DNA of 64,000 bases from Myxococcota bacterium. Lineage in GTDB: Bacteria; Myxococcota_A; UBA9042; PHBI01; JAWLBL01. Made by a program: the position numbers and the translations under genes. Position 1 is the first letter of the stretch; every line of letters starts with the position of its first letter. Where the stretch lies: contig JAWLBL010000028.1 of NCBI GenBank assembly GCA_041687695.1, positions 32,001 through 96,000 of the forward strand. Reading direction: 5' to 3'. The notes beneath the pieces are model-generated. The model was not told the origin of the DNA, searched no databases, and saw nothing but the letters and a program-made list of their open reading frames with translations. Below, in pieces: positions 16,534-28,538 of this stretch.

Positions 16534-17144
16534 TGCTTCGCACGACCAAGCGCTTCGCCTTCCTGGGTCTGATGCTCACCGCCCTGGCGCTCGGCGCCTC
16601 GGCCACCGCGGCGCCGGCCGCCCCGCGCGACGCCGACGCCCGCTTCGAGGCCCTGCTAAAGGCCATCGACGTGCTGCCGACCCGCGCGCAGCTCGACGCC
16701 GGCTTCCCCGACGCCCGGGCGCGCCTGCTCGCGGCCGCCGCCCAGGACGGACGCGACGCCTGGACCCGCTCGCGCGCCATCGGCTTCCTCGGCCTGTACC
16801 CCGAGGCGCCGGTCCGCGCCGCCCTGGAGGGGCTGTCCGCGCACGCCGACCCCGAGGTGCGTCGCCAGGCGGTCTACACGCTGGCGCGCGCCTTCGGCGA
16901 CCCCGGCGACCCGGCCCTGGTCGCGCGTGTGCTCGGCCTGACGGACGACACCCGGCCCGCCGTCCGCGACCACGCCATCCGCGCCCTGCGCTGGGTGCGC
17001 CACGCCGCCGCCGACCAGGCCCTCGAGCGCCTGTCGCGCGAGCACGCCGACCCGGCCGCCCGCGCGTTGGCCGCCTCGACCCGACAGCGCCGCGCCGCGG
17101 TCCCGTCGACGTCGCCCAGGCCGTCCCCCGGGCGTTCCCATTGA
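16533..17144 (+). CDS. Secreted HEAT-repeat protein
   Basis: TGATG overlap with the protease; signal peptide MLRTTKRFAFLGLMLTALALGASATA; HEAT-like DPEVRRQAVYTLA, PAVRDHAIRAL, DPAARALA. Confidence 0.75.
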   Translation: MLRTTKRFAFLGLMLTALALGASATAAPAAPRDADARFEALLKAIDVLPTRAQLDAGFPDARARLLAAAAQDGRDAWTRSRAIGFLGLYPEAPVRAALEGLSAHADPEVRRQAVYTLARAFGDPGDPALVARVLGLTDDTRPAVRDHAIRALRWVRHAAADQALERLSREHADPAARALAASTRQRRAAVPSTSPRPSPGRSH

Positions 17145-18196
17145 CCCGGGCGGGCGAGCAAGACCTCGACCCGGCCGCGCTGACCCTGGCCGAAGCCCTT
17201 CAGGCGGCCCCGCCGCGCCCGACCCTGGTCTGGGGTGGACCGCTGGCGCCGCTGGCGGACAGCGCCCCCGACTGGGGGCCGGCGCGCCTGTTCACGACGG
17301 ATCTTCTGGCCGCCCGCGCCGTGCAGGCCCCCGCCGAGCTGGGCGTCCTGCCGTCGCCGGGTGACGAGCCGCGCCTGGCCGCCCTGATGCCGCGCTCCAA
17401 GGAGGAGCTCGCCGTCATCCTGGACGTCGCGCGGGCCCGCCTGGGTCCGGGCGACCAGCTGTGGCTGGCCGGCCACCAGCGCGACGGCATCAAGTCGGCG
17501 GCCAAGCTGCTCGAGGCCGCCCTCGGGCCGGTCGACGTGGCCCACCTCAAGCGCCACTGCCGGGTCCTGGTCGCCACGCGAGGGGAGGGCGAGCGCGCCC
17601 CCGAGCCCACGCTGGACGCGCTCGAGGCCCGCTTCGAGGCCGACACGCCCTTCGGTCGCCTGACCTGCGTGACCCTGCCAGGCACCTTCGCCCACGGGCG
17701 CCTCGACGCCGGGACCGCGCGCCTGCTGCCGGTGTTGCGCGAGTTCGGCAAGGCCAAGCGCATCCTGGATCTCGGCGCCGGCTGCGGCGTCATCGGCGCC
17801 AGCTACCTCCTGCGCCGCCCGGACGCCCGCGTCGACCTGCTCGACGTCTCGGCGCCCGCCTGCGAGTCGGCGCGCCGCACCCTGGCCGCCAACGGCTTCA
17901 CCGCCGAGGTGGCCCCCAACGCCAAGGTGCACCTGGCCGCGCCCGAGGATCTCCCGGCGCAGCCCTTCTACGACCTGATCGTGACCAATCCGCCGTTCCA
18001 CCAGGGCCGCGACGAGGACCGCACCCTGTTCCAGGCGTTCGCCGCCGCTGCCGCCAAGCGCCTGGCCCGCGGCGGCGCCTTCGTGGCGGTCGCCAACCGG
18101 CACCTCGCCTACGGGCCCGTGCTCGAGGCCGCCTTCCGCAAGCACGACGTGCTCTTCGAGGACGGCTCCTACCGGGTCTGGCGCGCCCACCACTGA
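17141..18196 (+). CDS. Class I SAM-dependent methyltransferase, RsmC/MTS family
   Basis: PGTFAHGRLDAGT, ILDLGAGCGVIG, IVTNPPFH, VANRHLAY; TTG start overlaps the upstream TGA. Confidence 0.85.
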   Translation: MTRAGEQDLDPAALTLAEALQAAPPRPTLVWGGPLAPLADSAPDWGPARLFTTDLLAARAVQAPAELGVLPSPGDEPRLAALMPRSKEELAVILDVARARLGPGDQLWLAGHQRDGIKSAAKLLEAALGPVDVAHLKRHCRVLVATRGEGERAPEPTLDALEARFEADTPFGRLTCVTLPGTFAHGRLDAGTARLLPVLREFGKAKRILDLGAGCGVIGASYLLRRPDARVDLLDVSAPACESARRTLAANGFTAEVAPNAKVHLAAPEDLPAQPFYDLIVTNPPFHQGRDEDRTLFQAFAAAAAKRLARGGAFVAVANRHLAYGPVLEAAFRKHDVLFEDGSYRVWRAHH

Positions 18197-18766
18197 CCCG
18201 CTGGCGCAGTCAGCGCCGACCCGCTGGTGCACCCGTCGACCCGCTGGCCTGGCGACCTCGGCGGGCCTACTCCTTTCGATGTCGGTCCGCGCACCCCGGG
18301 GAGGCGTCTTGCCGTGTCGACCTCGCAGGACCACGCGCCGCTCACGCGCGGCGGCCGCTTCGCGCTCTATGGGCTGATGGGCTGGGCGCTCGAGGTCGTC
18401 TTCACGGCCGCCGTCGACAGCTGCCAGCGCCGGGCCGACTCGCGCCTGCGCGGGCACTCATACGTCTGGATGCACCCGATCTACGGCGCGGGCGGCCTGC
18501 TCTGCGAGCAGCTCGGGCGGGCGCTCGCCCGACGTGGCGCCCCCTGGTGGCAGCGCGGGCTCGCCTACGCCGGCGCCTGCTTCGCGGTCGAGTACACCTC
18601 GGGCTGGGCGCTGCGGCGCGCCGTCGGCGCCTGCCCCTGGGACTACGGCGCCGCTCGCGCCAACGTGCACGGGCTCATCCGCCTGGACTACGCCCCGCTG
18701 TGGGCGGCCTGCGGGCTGGCGGCCGAGCCGCTGGCCCGCGTCATCGAGCGCGTGCGCTTGACCCCG

Positions 18767-20407
<1,641 letters not shown>

Positions 20408-20525
20408 CTGCTGGACTCCTCGCGAGGGCGGCTCGACTGGGCGCGACGCACGATACTCCCCGACTCGCGCCGATCAAGCCGCTTCCGTTGTTGTTCGCGC
20501 GCCCGCGGGTGACCATACTCTCCGC

Positions 20526-21491
20526 GTGACCGCCCGCACCGACACCCACGATCACGGTCCGGGGGCCCACGGCCACGGCCACGGGCACCACCACGCGCAC
20601 GTCGGGCAGGTGCGCCAGCGCGCCCTGTGGATCGCGCTCGGCATCAACTTCGCCTTCATGCTGGTCGAGGTGGTCATCGGCCTGGTGACCGACTCGCTGG
20701 CCGTCCTGGGCGACGCCGGGCACATGCTGGCCGACGTCAGCGCGCTCGCCCTCGCCCTGGGCGCCGAGAAGATCTCCGCCCTCGAGGGCAGCCCGCGCCA
20801 CACCTTCGGCTACCGCCGCGCCCCGACCCTGGGCGCCTTCGGCAACGCCCTGACCATGCTGGTCGTCGCCGGCGTCCTCATCTACGGCGCCATCGAGCGC
20901 CTCGGCGCCCCGCCCGACATCCCGGCCGGCCCGGTCCTGGTCGTCGGCATCATCGGCCTCATCGTCAACCTGGCCAGCGCCTGGTACCTGCACCGCGAGG
21001 CCGGCGACAGCCACAACATCCGCGGCGCGATGCTCCACATGATGGGCGACGCCCTGGGCTCGCTGGGCGTCATCGTCAGCGCCATCGTCCTCGCCACCAC
21101 CGGCTGGACGCCCATCGACCCCCTGGTCACCCTGCTCATCGCGGTGCTCATCCTGATCGCCACCTGGCCCCTGCTGCGCGAGTCGGCCCTGTCGCTCATG
21201 CTGGTCTCGCCCAGCCGCGTCGACGTCGACGAGGTCCGCGCCGCCATCCTGGCGCACCCCGAGGTCAGCTGCCTCGAGGATCTCCACGTCTGGGAGCTCG
21301 ACGCCGGCTACGTCGTCCTGACCTCGACCCTCCACGTCGTCAGCGAGGACTTCGAGGCCCTCGAGCGCACCCGCGCCGCCCTGCACCACGAGCTCGAGAC
21401 GACCTGGGCCATCAACCACCTGACCCTCGAGCTCGTCCCCGAGCGCCACCGCCCGGACCACCCGCCGCGCCGCTGCATCGCGGGCCCCTGA
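20526..21491 (+). CDS. Cation diffusion facilitator (CzcD/ZitB-like Zn/Co/Cd efflux)
   Basis: His-rich N-terminus, DAGHMLAD, TFGYRR, NIRGAMLHMMGD, DLHVW, HLTLE. Confidence 0.92.
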   Translation: MTARTDTHDHGPGAHGHGHGHHHAHVGQVRQRALWIALGINFAFMLVEVVIGLVTDSLAVLGDAGHMLADVSALALALGAEKISALEGSPRHTFGYRRAPTLGAFGNALTMLVVAGVLIYGAIERLGAPPDIPAGPVLVVGIIGLIVNLASAWYLHREAGDSHNIRGAMLHMMGDALGSLGVIVSAIVLATTGWTPIDPLVTLLIAVLILIATWPLLRESALSLMLVSPSRVDVDEVRAAILAHPEVSCLEDLHVWELDAGYVVLTSTLHVVSEDFEALERTRAALHHELETTWAINHLTLELVPERHRPDHPPRRCIAGP

Positions 21492-21557
21492 GGCTTCGCA
21501 ACTCCCCGTGGTGATTACGGTCTCAGCGCAAGCCCACCGTCACCCGGAGGAGACCCC

Positions 21558-21836
21558 ATGCCCATCCTCGTCATGCTCATCGTCGGCCTGGCCGTCGGCG
21601 TCGTCGGCAACTGGATGCTGCCGCGTCACTCGCAGGCCGGCATGCTCTCCACGATGATCTTCGCCTTCCTGGGCTCGTTCACCTTCGGCTTCCTGGGCGT
21701 CGCCCTGGGGCTGTACCCGACCATTGCGAGCCTCGCCGGCGTCGTCATGTCGACCGTCGGCGCGCTGCTGCTCGTGGGGGTCTACGCCCTGGTCATGCGC
21801 TCGGCCGTGTCGCGCCATCCACGCACGCCCGTGTGA
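21558..21836 (+). CDS. GlsB/YeaQ/YmgE-like (transglycosylase-associated) small membrane protein
   Basis: 92 aa, three hydrophobic helices, LIVGLAVGVVGNWMLP...GSF...VGALLL pattern; GGAGG RBS. Confidence 0.7.
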   Translation: MPILVMLIVGLAVGVVGNWMLPRHSQAGMLSTMIFAFLGSFTFGFLGVALGLYPTIASLAGVVMSTVGALLLVGVYALVMRSAVSRHPRTPV

Positions 21837-21852
21837 CCGGGCCCGCGACGGC

Positions 21853-22236
21853 TCAGTGCAGGGCGTTGGGCATCGCCAGCGTGAACGGGGCGATGCGCGC
21901 GTCGAAGCCGTCGCCGTCGTCGCGGATCATCTGATAGCTGCCGTGCATGGACCCGACCGGCGTCGTCAGCGGGCAGGCGCTCGTGTACTCGAAGGCCTGC
22001 CCCGGCTCGAGGCGCGGCTGCTCGCCCACGACGCCCGGCCCCTCGACCTCTTCGACCTTGCCGTTGGCGTCGGTGATGATCCAGTGGCGCGACACCAGCT
22101 GCGCCGGCTCGTGGCCCTCGTTCGAGATCCGGATGCGGTACGCGAAGAAGTAGTAGTCGTCCTCGGGCGAGCTGCGCTCGGCGATGTACAGGCTCGAGAC
22201 CTGGACGCGGATGCCCTCGGTGGTGGTGTCGCTCAT
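21853..22236 (-). CDS. apaG: ApaG protein
   Basis: YFFAYRIRISN, QLVSRHWIITD, EEVEGPGVVGEQP, FEYTS, GSMHGSY. Confidence 0.95.
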   Translation of the reverse strand: MSDTTTEGIRVQVSSLYIAERSSPEDDYYFFAYRIRISNEGHEPAQLVSRHWIITDANGKVEEVEGPGVVGEQPRLEPGQAFEYTSACPLTTPVGSMHGSYQMIRDDGDGFDARIAPFTLAMPNALH

Positions 22237-22372
22237 GGCGTGGCCATACCCCCGGGCCCGCGGCATGGCAACGCCTTTCCTCGACGACTCGGTGGCCCGT
22301 TCGCAACCGGGACCGCGCCCCGGTCCCGGATCCCCTTTACGCGAGGCGCCGGACGCGGCAGCTTTGTCCCCC

Positions 22373-24631
22373 ATGAAGCGGCCCCACCCAGCGCGTCTCG
22401 CGACCCTCGCCCCAATGGCCCTCGCGGCCCTGCTCGTGGCCGCCTGCGGCGACGGCGGGCAGGGCGGGCCCGACGACCTGCCGGACGCCAAGTCCGACAC
22501 CTCTCCGTTCGCCGACATCCTCGGCGACGGGCTGGGCGACAACGACCCGCCGGGGCCGGTCGAGATCGCCATCACCCCCGCCGAGCCCACGGCCGGCGAC
22601 GATCTGGTCGTCGAGATCACCGTCCCGGCCATCGATCCCGACGGCGGCCCGGACGAGGTGACCTACCGCTACGCGTGGTTCCGAGACGATCAGCCCACCC
22701 CCCACGGCGCCGCGACCCTGCCAGCGGCCGTCATCAAGCGCGACGAGGTCTGGCGGGTCGAGGTCCACGCCTTCGACGGCCTGGCCACCGGCCCCAAGGC
22801 CACCGCCGAGGTGACCATCGCCAACACGCCGCCGACCCTCGCCTCGGTCACCGCCGGCCCCGCCAACGCCACGACCGACTCGGTCCTGACCTGCCTCGCC
22901 GGCAACCGCTCCGACGCCGACGGCGACGACGTCTCGGTGGACTACGTCTGGACCAAGGACGGCGTGCTCATCGACGGCGAAACCCAGGCCGCCCTGCAGA
23001 TTCCGCTCACCGCCAACGCCGAGTACCGCTGCTGGGGCACGCCCTTCGACGGCGCGCTACACGGCGCCCAGGTCCCCTCGAACGCCGTCGTCCCCGTCGA
23101 CGTCATCCTCAGCAAGGGCCTGCTCCTGGTGCAGCCCAAGGCGCTGGACATGGGCACCGTGCTGCCGGGCGAGACCAGCACCCGCGTCGTCGTCCTCAAG
23201 AACATCGGCGACGGAGCCATCGAGCTGAACGGCGTGGGCTTCTCGGGCGACCTCGGGCTCTCGACCGACTTCGAGACCCCGGCCACGCTCGAGCCCGGCG
23301 CCCAGGTCGAGGCGACCATCACCTTCTCGACGGGCAGCCCCGGCCTGAAGAAGGGCACCGTCATCTTCGACAACACGGCCTCGAACTCCAACGCCGGCAC
23401 GGTCCCCTGGGTCGGCGTCGGCGCCGCGCCGTGCCTGACCGCCGCCCCCGCCGTCGTCGACTTCGGCGGCGCCTACCTCAACACCTTCAAGAACCAGCCG
23501 GTCACCATCACCTCGTGCGGGGCCCTGCCGCTGGTCATCGACTCGGCCACGCTGGTCGCCCCGGCCGGCACGCCCTTCGAACTCGACCTGTCGACCGGCC
23601 CTGGTCCCTTGCCGTGGACGCTGCAGGCCGGCGAGTCGGCCACCATCGGCGTCAAGTTCATGCCCAGCAAGGCCAGCCCCGTCGACGAGGACGGGCTGCC
23701 GCTGTCCGAGACGGCCCAGATCTCGTTCCTGACCAACGCCCCGAACCCGGTGTTCAACGTGCCGGTCACCGGCTTCGCCAGCGACGTCTCGTGCCCCATC
23801 CCGGTCATCGACATCGCCGAGGGCAAGGCCACCGCGCCGAACTCGACCGTGCACGCCTCGGGCCTGCCCAGCTTCTCGCCCGAGGGCACCCCCGACGTCT
23901 TCGCCTGGGCCATCGTCACCCCGGACGGCACGTCGCCCGGCCCGCTGCAGCCCGGCGCCGACGCGCCCGAGGTGACCTACCAGGTCGCAGGTCCCGGCAA
24001 CTATCGCTTCGATCTCAAGGTCTTCGACCTGGTCGACGGCGTCGTCAAGCCGTCGTGCACCACCGCGCAGAAGACCATCAAGGTCTCGACCGCCACCCCG
24101 CTCGTCGTCGAGCTGACCTGGCAGACGCCCGGTGACACCAACACCACCGACAAGGGCCCGGGGGCCAGCGCCGACCTGGATCTGCACCTGCTGCGCCACG
24201 ATCTGCCGTGGATCGGGACCGACTACGACGGCGACGGGCAGCCCGACGGCTGGTTCGACTTCGACGCCGACCTGTACTGGGTCGACACCAACCCGGACTG
24301 GGGGGCGCCGGGGCCCGAGGGCGACCCGCTGCTGACCAAGGAAGACGGAGAGGGCAAGGGCCCCGAGCGCATCGAGCACTTCAAGCCCGAGGCGGGCAGC
24401 TACACCATCGGCGTGCACTACTGGAGCGACTTCGGGTACGGCCCGAGCATCGTCCGGGTGCGCGTGCTGCACTATGGTGAGGTGGTCGGCGACTTCAAGG
24501 ACGTCGTGCTGTCGCACGGCGATCTGTGGGAGGTCGCGACGGTGGCGTGGCCCAAGGGCGCCGTGCAGGCGGCCGTCGGCGCCGAGGGCGGCCCCAAGGT
24601 CACGCCCGCGTACCCGAACCCCTTCCAGTGA
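22373..24631 (+). CDS. Lipoprotein with Ig-like / choice-of-anchor D domains and YfaP-like C-terminal domain
   Basis: Lipobox LVAAC|GD; NTPP Ig-like repeats; LDMGTV..KNIGDG and VDFG units; C-terminal VELTW..DLDLHL..NPDWG..GPERI. Confidence 0.75.
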   Translation: MKRPHPARLATLAPMALAALLVAACGDGGQGGPDDLPDAKSDTSPFADILGDGLGDNDPPGPVEIAITPAEPTAGDDLVVEITVPAIDPDGGPDEVTYRYAWFRDDQPTPHGAATLPAAVIKRDEVWRVEVHAFDGLATGPKATAEVTIANTPPTLASVTAGPANATTDSVLTCLAGNRSDADGDDVSVDYVWTKDGVLIDGETQAALQIPLTANAEYRCWGTPFDGALHGAQVPSNAVVPVDVILSKGLLLVQPKALDMGTVLPGETSTRVVVLKNIGDGAIELNGVGFSGDLGLSTDFETPATLEPGAQVEATITFSTGSPGLKKGTVIFDNTASNSNAGTVPWVGVGAAPCLTAAPAVVDFGGAYLNTFKNQPVTITSCGALPLVIDSATLVAPAGTPFELDLSTGPGPLPWTLQAGESATIGVKFMPSKASPVDEDGLPLSETAQISFLTNAPNPVFNVPVTGFASDVSCPIPVIDIAEGKATAPNSTVHASGLPSFSPEGTPDVFAWAIVTPDGTSPGPLQPGADAPEVTYQVAGPGNYRFDLKVFDLVDGVVKPSCTTAQKTIKVSTATPLVVELTWQTPGDTNTTDKGPGASADLDLHLLRHDLPWIGTDYDGDGQPDGWFDFDADLYWVDTNPDWGAPGPEGDPLLTKEDGEGKGPERIEHFKPEAGSYTIGVHYWSDFGYGPSIVRVRVLHYGEVVGDFKDVVLSHGDLWEVATVAWPKGAVQAAVGAEGGPKVTPAYPNPFQ

Positions 24632-24715
24632 GCCGCCCCGGCCCGACCGGAGCGTGGTGACTGGAAGGTCGAGCCCTCGTCGGCCGCCGCCGCGGCCCCG
24701 GACCCGGACAGCGCC

Positions 24716-26326
24716 TTGGCCCGTCGCCTCTTCGTCGCCTGCAGCGTCGCCGCCCTCGTCGCCATCTGGGTGGCCGGCTGGTTTTCGCCGCCGACCTTGT
24801 GGTCCCTCGTGGTCGTGGGGCCCCTCATCCTGGTCGGCTTCGTCGACATGCAGCAGACCGCGCGGCCGCTGCGCCGCAACTACCCGCTGGTCGGCCGGCT
24901 GCGCGACGTCGCCGAGAGCATCCGCCCGCAGATCCGGCAGTACTTCGTCGAGTCCGACACCGACGCGCGCCCCTTCAGCCGCGAGGTGCGCCAGCTGGTG
25001 CAGCGGCGCGCCCAGGGCGTGCAGGACACCATCGCCTTCGGCGCCCAGCGCGACGTCGAGGCGGTCGGCCACGAGTGGCTCGAGCACGCCCTGGTCCCGC
25101 GGGCGCCGCTGACGGCGCACCCGCGTCTTCTGATCGGGGGACAGGGCGTGGCTCGTGGCGCGGCTCCGGGCGCGGCGACCTGCACCAAGCCCTACATGAG
25201 CGCGCTGCTGAACACGGCGGCGATGAGCTACGGGACGCTCAGCCCGCAGGCGCTGCGCGCGCTGAGCAAGGCGGCGGCGCTGGGCGGCTTCGCCTTCAAC
25301 ACGGGCGAGGGCGGGCTGAGCCCCGACCATCTGTCGGGCGGCGGAGACGTCGTGTGGCAGATCGGCACGGGGTACTTCGGCTGCCGTAACGCCAAGGGCG
25401 AGCTGGATCTGGGCCTGTTCGCCGACAAGGCCGCGCACGAGCAGGTGCGCATGATCGAGCTGAAGCTGTCGCAGGGGGCCAAGCCGGGCCACGGCGGCAT
25501 CCTGCCGGCGGCCAAGGTGACGCCCGAGGTGGCGCGGGTGCTGGGGGTCCCGGTGGGGCAGGACGTCGTCACGCCGCCGGCGCACTCGGCGTTCTCGACG
25601 CCGCTGGGGCTGCTCGAGCTGGTGGCGCGGCTGCGCGAGCTGTCGGGCGGCAAGCCGGTCGGGGTCAAGCTGTGCGTCGGGTCGCGGAGGGACCTGGCGG
25701 CGCTGGGCAAGGCGATGGTCCAGACGGGGGTCACGCCGGACTTCATCTCGGTCGACGGCAGCGAGGGCGGCACCGGCGCGGCGCCCTTCGAGTTGGCCAA
25801 CGCGGTCGGGACGCCGCTGCGAGAGGGGCTGGCCCTGGCGCATCAGCTGCTGGTCGGCTTCGATCTGCGCGCGCGGGTACACCTGGTCGCCAGCGGGCGC
25901 ATCGCCACGGCCTTCGACATGGCGCGCGCGATGGCGCTGGGGGCGGACGTGTGCGCCTCGGCGCGCGCGATGATGATGGCGATGGGGTGCGTGCAGGCCT
26001 TGCGCTGCGACGACAACACCTGCCCGCTGGGCATCGCCACCCAGGACCCGCGCCTGGCGGCGGCGCTGGACGTCGACGTGGCGGCCGAGCGCATCGCCCG
26101 CTATCAGGCTGCGACCCTGGACGCGCTGCTCGAGCTGGTCGCCGCGGCCGGGTTGAACCACCCGAACGAGCTGCGCCCGCACCACCTGATGCGCCGGGTC
26201 GACCCGACCGCGGTCCGCAGCTACGCCGAGCTGTATCCGCCGCTCGAGCCCGGCGCCCTGCGCGGACGCGACCTGCCGCCCGCGTGGAAGGCCGCGGTCG
26301 AGGCCGCCTCCGCCGCCTCGTTCTGA
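24716..26326 (+). CDS. FMN-binding glutamate synthase family protein
   Basis: N-terminal TM helices, RNYPLVG, IRQYF, AMSYGTLS, NTGEGG, WQIGTGYFGCR, KLSQGAKPGHGG, DGSEGGTGAAP, GCVQALRC..NTCPLG. Confidence 0.93.
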   Translation: MARRLFVACSVAALVAIWVAGWFSPPTLWSLVVVGPLILVGFVDMQQTARPLRRNYPLVGRLRDVAESIRPQIRQYFVESDTDARPFSREVRQLVQRRAQGVQDTIAFGAQRDVEAVGHEWLEHALVPRAPLTAHPRLLIGGQGVARGAAPGAATCTKPYMSALLNTAAMSYGTLSPQALRALSKAAALGGFAFNTGEGGLSPDHLSGGGDVVWQIGTGYFGCRNAKGELDLGLFADKAAHEQVRMIELKLSQGAKPGHGGILPAAKVTPEVARVLGVPVGQDVVTPPAHSAFSTPLGLLELVARLRELSGGKPVGVKLCVGSRRDLAALGKAMVQTGVTPDFISVDGSEGGTGAAPFELANAVGTPLREGLALAHQLLVGFDLRARVHLVASGRIATAFDMARAMALGADVCASARAMMMAMGCVQALRCDDNTCPLGIATQDPRLAAALDVDVAAERIARYQAATLDALLELVAAAGLNHPNELRPHHLMRRVDPTAVRSYAELYPPLEPGALRGRDLPPAWKAAVEAASAASF

Positions 26327-26367
26327 CGGGGCTTGCCAGCGGGGGCGGCGCGCCGCATCGTGCGCGC

Positions 26368-27252
26368 ATGCCGAGGTTCGTCGCCGCCACCGAAACGACC
26401 CTGCTGCCGGCCCTGCAGGGCTGGCTCGAGGGCTGGAAGAAGACCACCGTCAAGGAGCGCCTGCGCCACGGCGCCGTGCGCGTCAACGAGCACGTCGTGA
26501 CCCACCCGGCGACGCCGCTGCGGCCGGGCGACGTGGTCGAGGTCGACGACGCGCGCCAGCGCCGCGACCCGTCGCGCCGCGATCGGCATGGGATCGGGCT
26601 GCTCTACGACGACCCGGATCTAGCGGTGATCGACAAGCCGGCGGGGCTGCTGACGGTCGCGACGGCGCGCGAGGTCGAGCGGACGGTCATGGTGCTGGTC
26701 GCCGAGCGGCTGCGCGCGGAGGGCACGTTCAAGGGCCGCCTGCATGCGGTGCACCGGCTGGACCGCGAGACCTCGGGCCTGCTCATCGTCGCCAAGAACG
26801 CCGAGGTCCGGGCCGGCTTCCGAGAGATCTGGCCGACGGTCGAGAAGACCTATGTCGCGCTGGTGCACGGCGTCCCGAACCCGCCCGCGCGAACGGTGAC
26901 CCTGCAGCTGGTCGAGGGCCAGGACATGCGCGTCCGCGTCGCCCCCGGGCACCCCGAGGCGCGGGAGGCGGTCACCCATTTCGACACCCTGGAGGTCGCG
27001 GGCGACTTCGCCCGTCTGGACGTGCGCCTGGGGACCGGCCGCAAGCACCAGATCCGCGTGAGCTTGGCGGCGCTGGGGCACCCCATCGTAGGCGACGCCT
27101 TCTACGGCGTCGACGACCCCGGCCTGGGTCGTCTGGGCCTGCACGCGTGGCGGCTGTCGTTCAGACACCCGCGCACGGGCCAGGCCCTGACCTTCGAGAG
27201 CCCGCTGCCGCCCCAGTTCGAGCGCTTCATGCGCGCGCGGCGCGCCCGCTGA
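26368..27252 (+). CDS. RluA-family pseudouridine synthase
   Basis: S4-like N-terminus, DKPAGL, catalytic HRLDRETSG, TGRKHQIR, HPIVGD, LHA. Confidence 0.93.
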   Translation: MPRFVAATETTLLPALQGWLEGWKKTTVKERLRHGAVRVNEHVVTHPATPLRPGDVVEVDDARQRRDPSRRDRHGIGLLYDDPDLAVIDKPAGLLTVATAREVERTVMVLVAERLRAEGTFKGRLHAVHRLDRETSGLLIVAKNAEVRAGFREIWPTVEKTYVALVHGVPNPPARTVTLQLVEGQDMRVRVAPGHPEAREAVTHFDTLEVAGDFARLDVRLGTGRKHQIRVSLAALGHPIVGDAFYGVDDPGLGRLGLHAWRLSFRHPRTGQALTFESPLPPQFERFMRARRAR

Positions 27253-27284
27253 GGGACCCCAGCCGGGCGCGTCGGTGGGTGCGG

Positions 27285-28469
27285 TCAGTCCGCCGGCGGG
27301 CAGCCGAACAGGCCCTTGGCGCACACGCGGTAGCCCTGGGACGGGTAGTAGTAGGCCCACAGGAAGCACATCTCCTTGTTGGCCGACTCGCCGAAGCCGA
27401 TGGTCTTGTTGGTCGTGTTGTCCCAGGTGCAGCGGAAGCGCAGGCCCAGGCCGCTGGGGAACTCGACCGGCGGGTCGAAGCCGACCAACGGGGGCTCGGC
27501 CCAGTCGAAGGCCTCATCGGCCGGGTACAGCGCCGTGCCGGGGTCGTCCACACCGGTCGAGGCGCTGATCTCGACGTTGGTGCCGTACTGGTGCGTGTGG
27601 GCCGTCAGGCCGAACACCTTGGAGCCGTTGGGCACGTCGACCCAGGTCCACGGAAGCGTGGTCGTCTGGTTCGGCTTCAGCGAGAACTGGGTGTTGCCGT
27701 AGAACAAGAAGTCGGCCAGCTCGTACTGGCCGGTCGGGTCGGCCTCCTCGAAGGTGACGACCGCGTTGGTGACGATGTCCTCGGGGTAGTAGTTCAGGTA
27801 GTGGGCCTCGAGCCGTACCATCTGGTTGGCGCCCAGCTCGAACACGACCCCGTCGGGCAGCTGCAGCGTCTCTTCGGGGATCTGCGTAATCATCAGCGGC
27901 ACGCTGCCCCCCGACAGGGTGCTGGTGAAGGGCGTGCAGTTGAACGGGGTCGGCTTCTCGGTGGTCTCGTTGGACCGATAGACGATGAGGTGGTGCGACC
28001 CCGGCGACAGCTTGGTGTGGATGGCCCGCACCTTGATGGCCGTCGGGTTGTCGAGCCGGACGACCACGCACTTGGTCGCCTCTTCGCCGGGGGTCATCGT
28101 CCAGCCGCCGATGGCGGTCTGAACGCCCTCGGGTGGCGTCACCGCGTCGGGCGTGCTGGCGTCCGCGTCGGGAACGCTGGCGTCTGCGTCGGGAACGCTG
28201 GCGTCCGCGTCGCCCTCGGACGCATCCGGCACCACGACGTCAGGCACGGCCGTGTCGGGCCCCTCGCCGTCGTCCGCCGCGTCCGGGACCTCGGCGTCGG
28301 GCTGGGCGTCCGGCGCGACCGTCGAGTCCCCGGCGCTGTCCGCCTCGGCGACTTCCTGCGCCGCGTCACCGGTCACATCGGCGTCGGCGGCCCCCGGGGT
28401 GGTGGTCCCTTCGTCCCCGCAGCCCATGGCGACCAGCGCCAACAACACACCCAAGCCCCAATGCTTCAT
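27285..28469 (-). CDS. Lipoprotein, copper type II ascorbate-dependent monooxygenase (PHM/DBH)-like
   Basis: Lipobox AMGC|GD; GSHHLIVY, LEAHYLN, AHTHQYG and KEMCF supply the canonical His/Met copper ligands; the DADASVP linker is a 21-bp repeat, about 3 copies. Confidence 0.82.
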   Translation of the reverse strand: MKHWGLGVLLALVAMGCGDEGTTTPGAADADVTGDAAQEVAEADSAGDSTVAPDAQPDAEVPDAADDGEGPDTAVPDVVVPDASEGDADASVPDADASVPDADASTPDAVTPPEGVQTAIGGWTMTPGEEATKCVVVRLDNPTAIKVRAIHTKLSPGSHHLIVYRSNETTEKPTPFNCTPFTSTLSGGSVPLMITQIPEETLQLPDGVVFELGANQMVRLEAHYLNYYPEDIVTNAVVTFEEADPTGQYELADFLFYGNTQFSLKPNQTTTLPWTWVDVPNGSKVFGLTAHTHQYGTNVEISASTGVDDPGTALYPADEAFDWAEPPLVGFDPPVEFPSGLGLRFRCTWDNTTNKTIGFGESANKEMCFLWAYYYPSQGYRVCAKGLFGCPPAD

Positions 28470-28538
28470 CGTCGGCCCTCCCGCGGCAGCGAACCCATAT
28501 CTTGCACGGCGCCGTGGCCGGTCGCAACCGCGCGCGTG

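Noticed and set aside
24629..24716. Stop-codon readthrough joining the in-frame lipoprotein and glutamate synthase-family genes
   Set aside because: Both proteins look complete and unrelated, no recoding signal is evident, and sharing a frame is a 1-in-3 chance.
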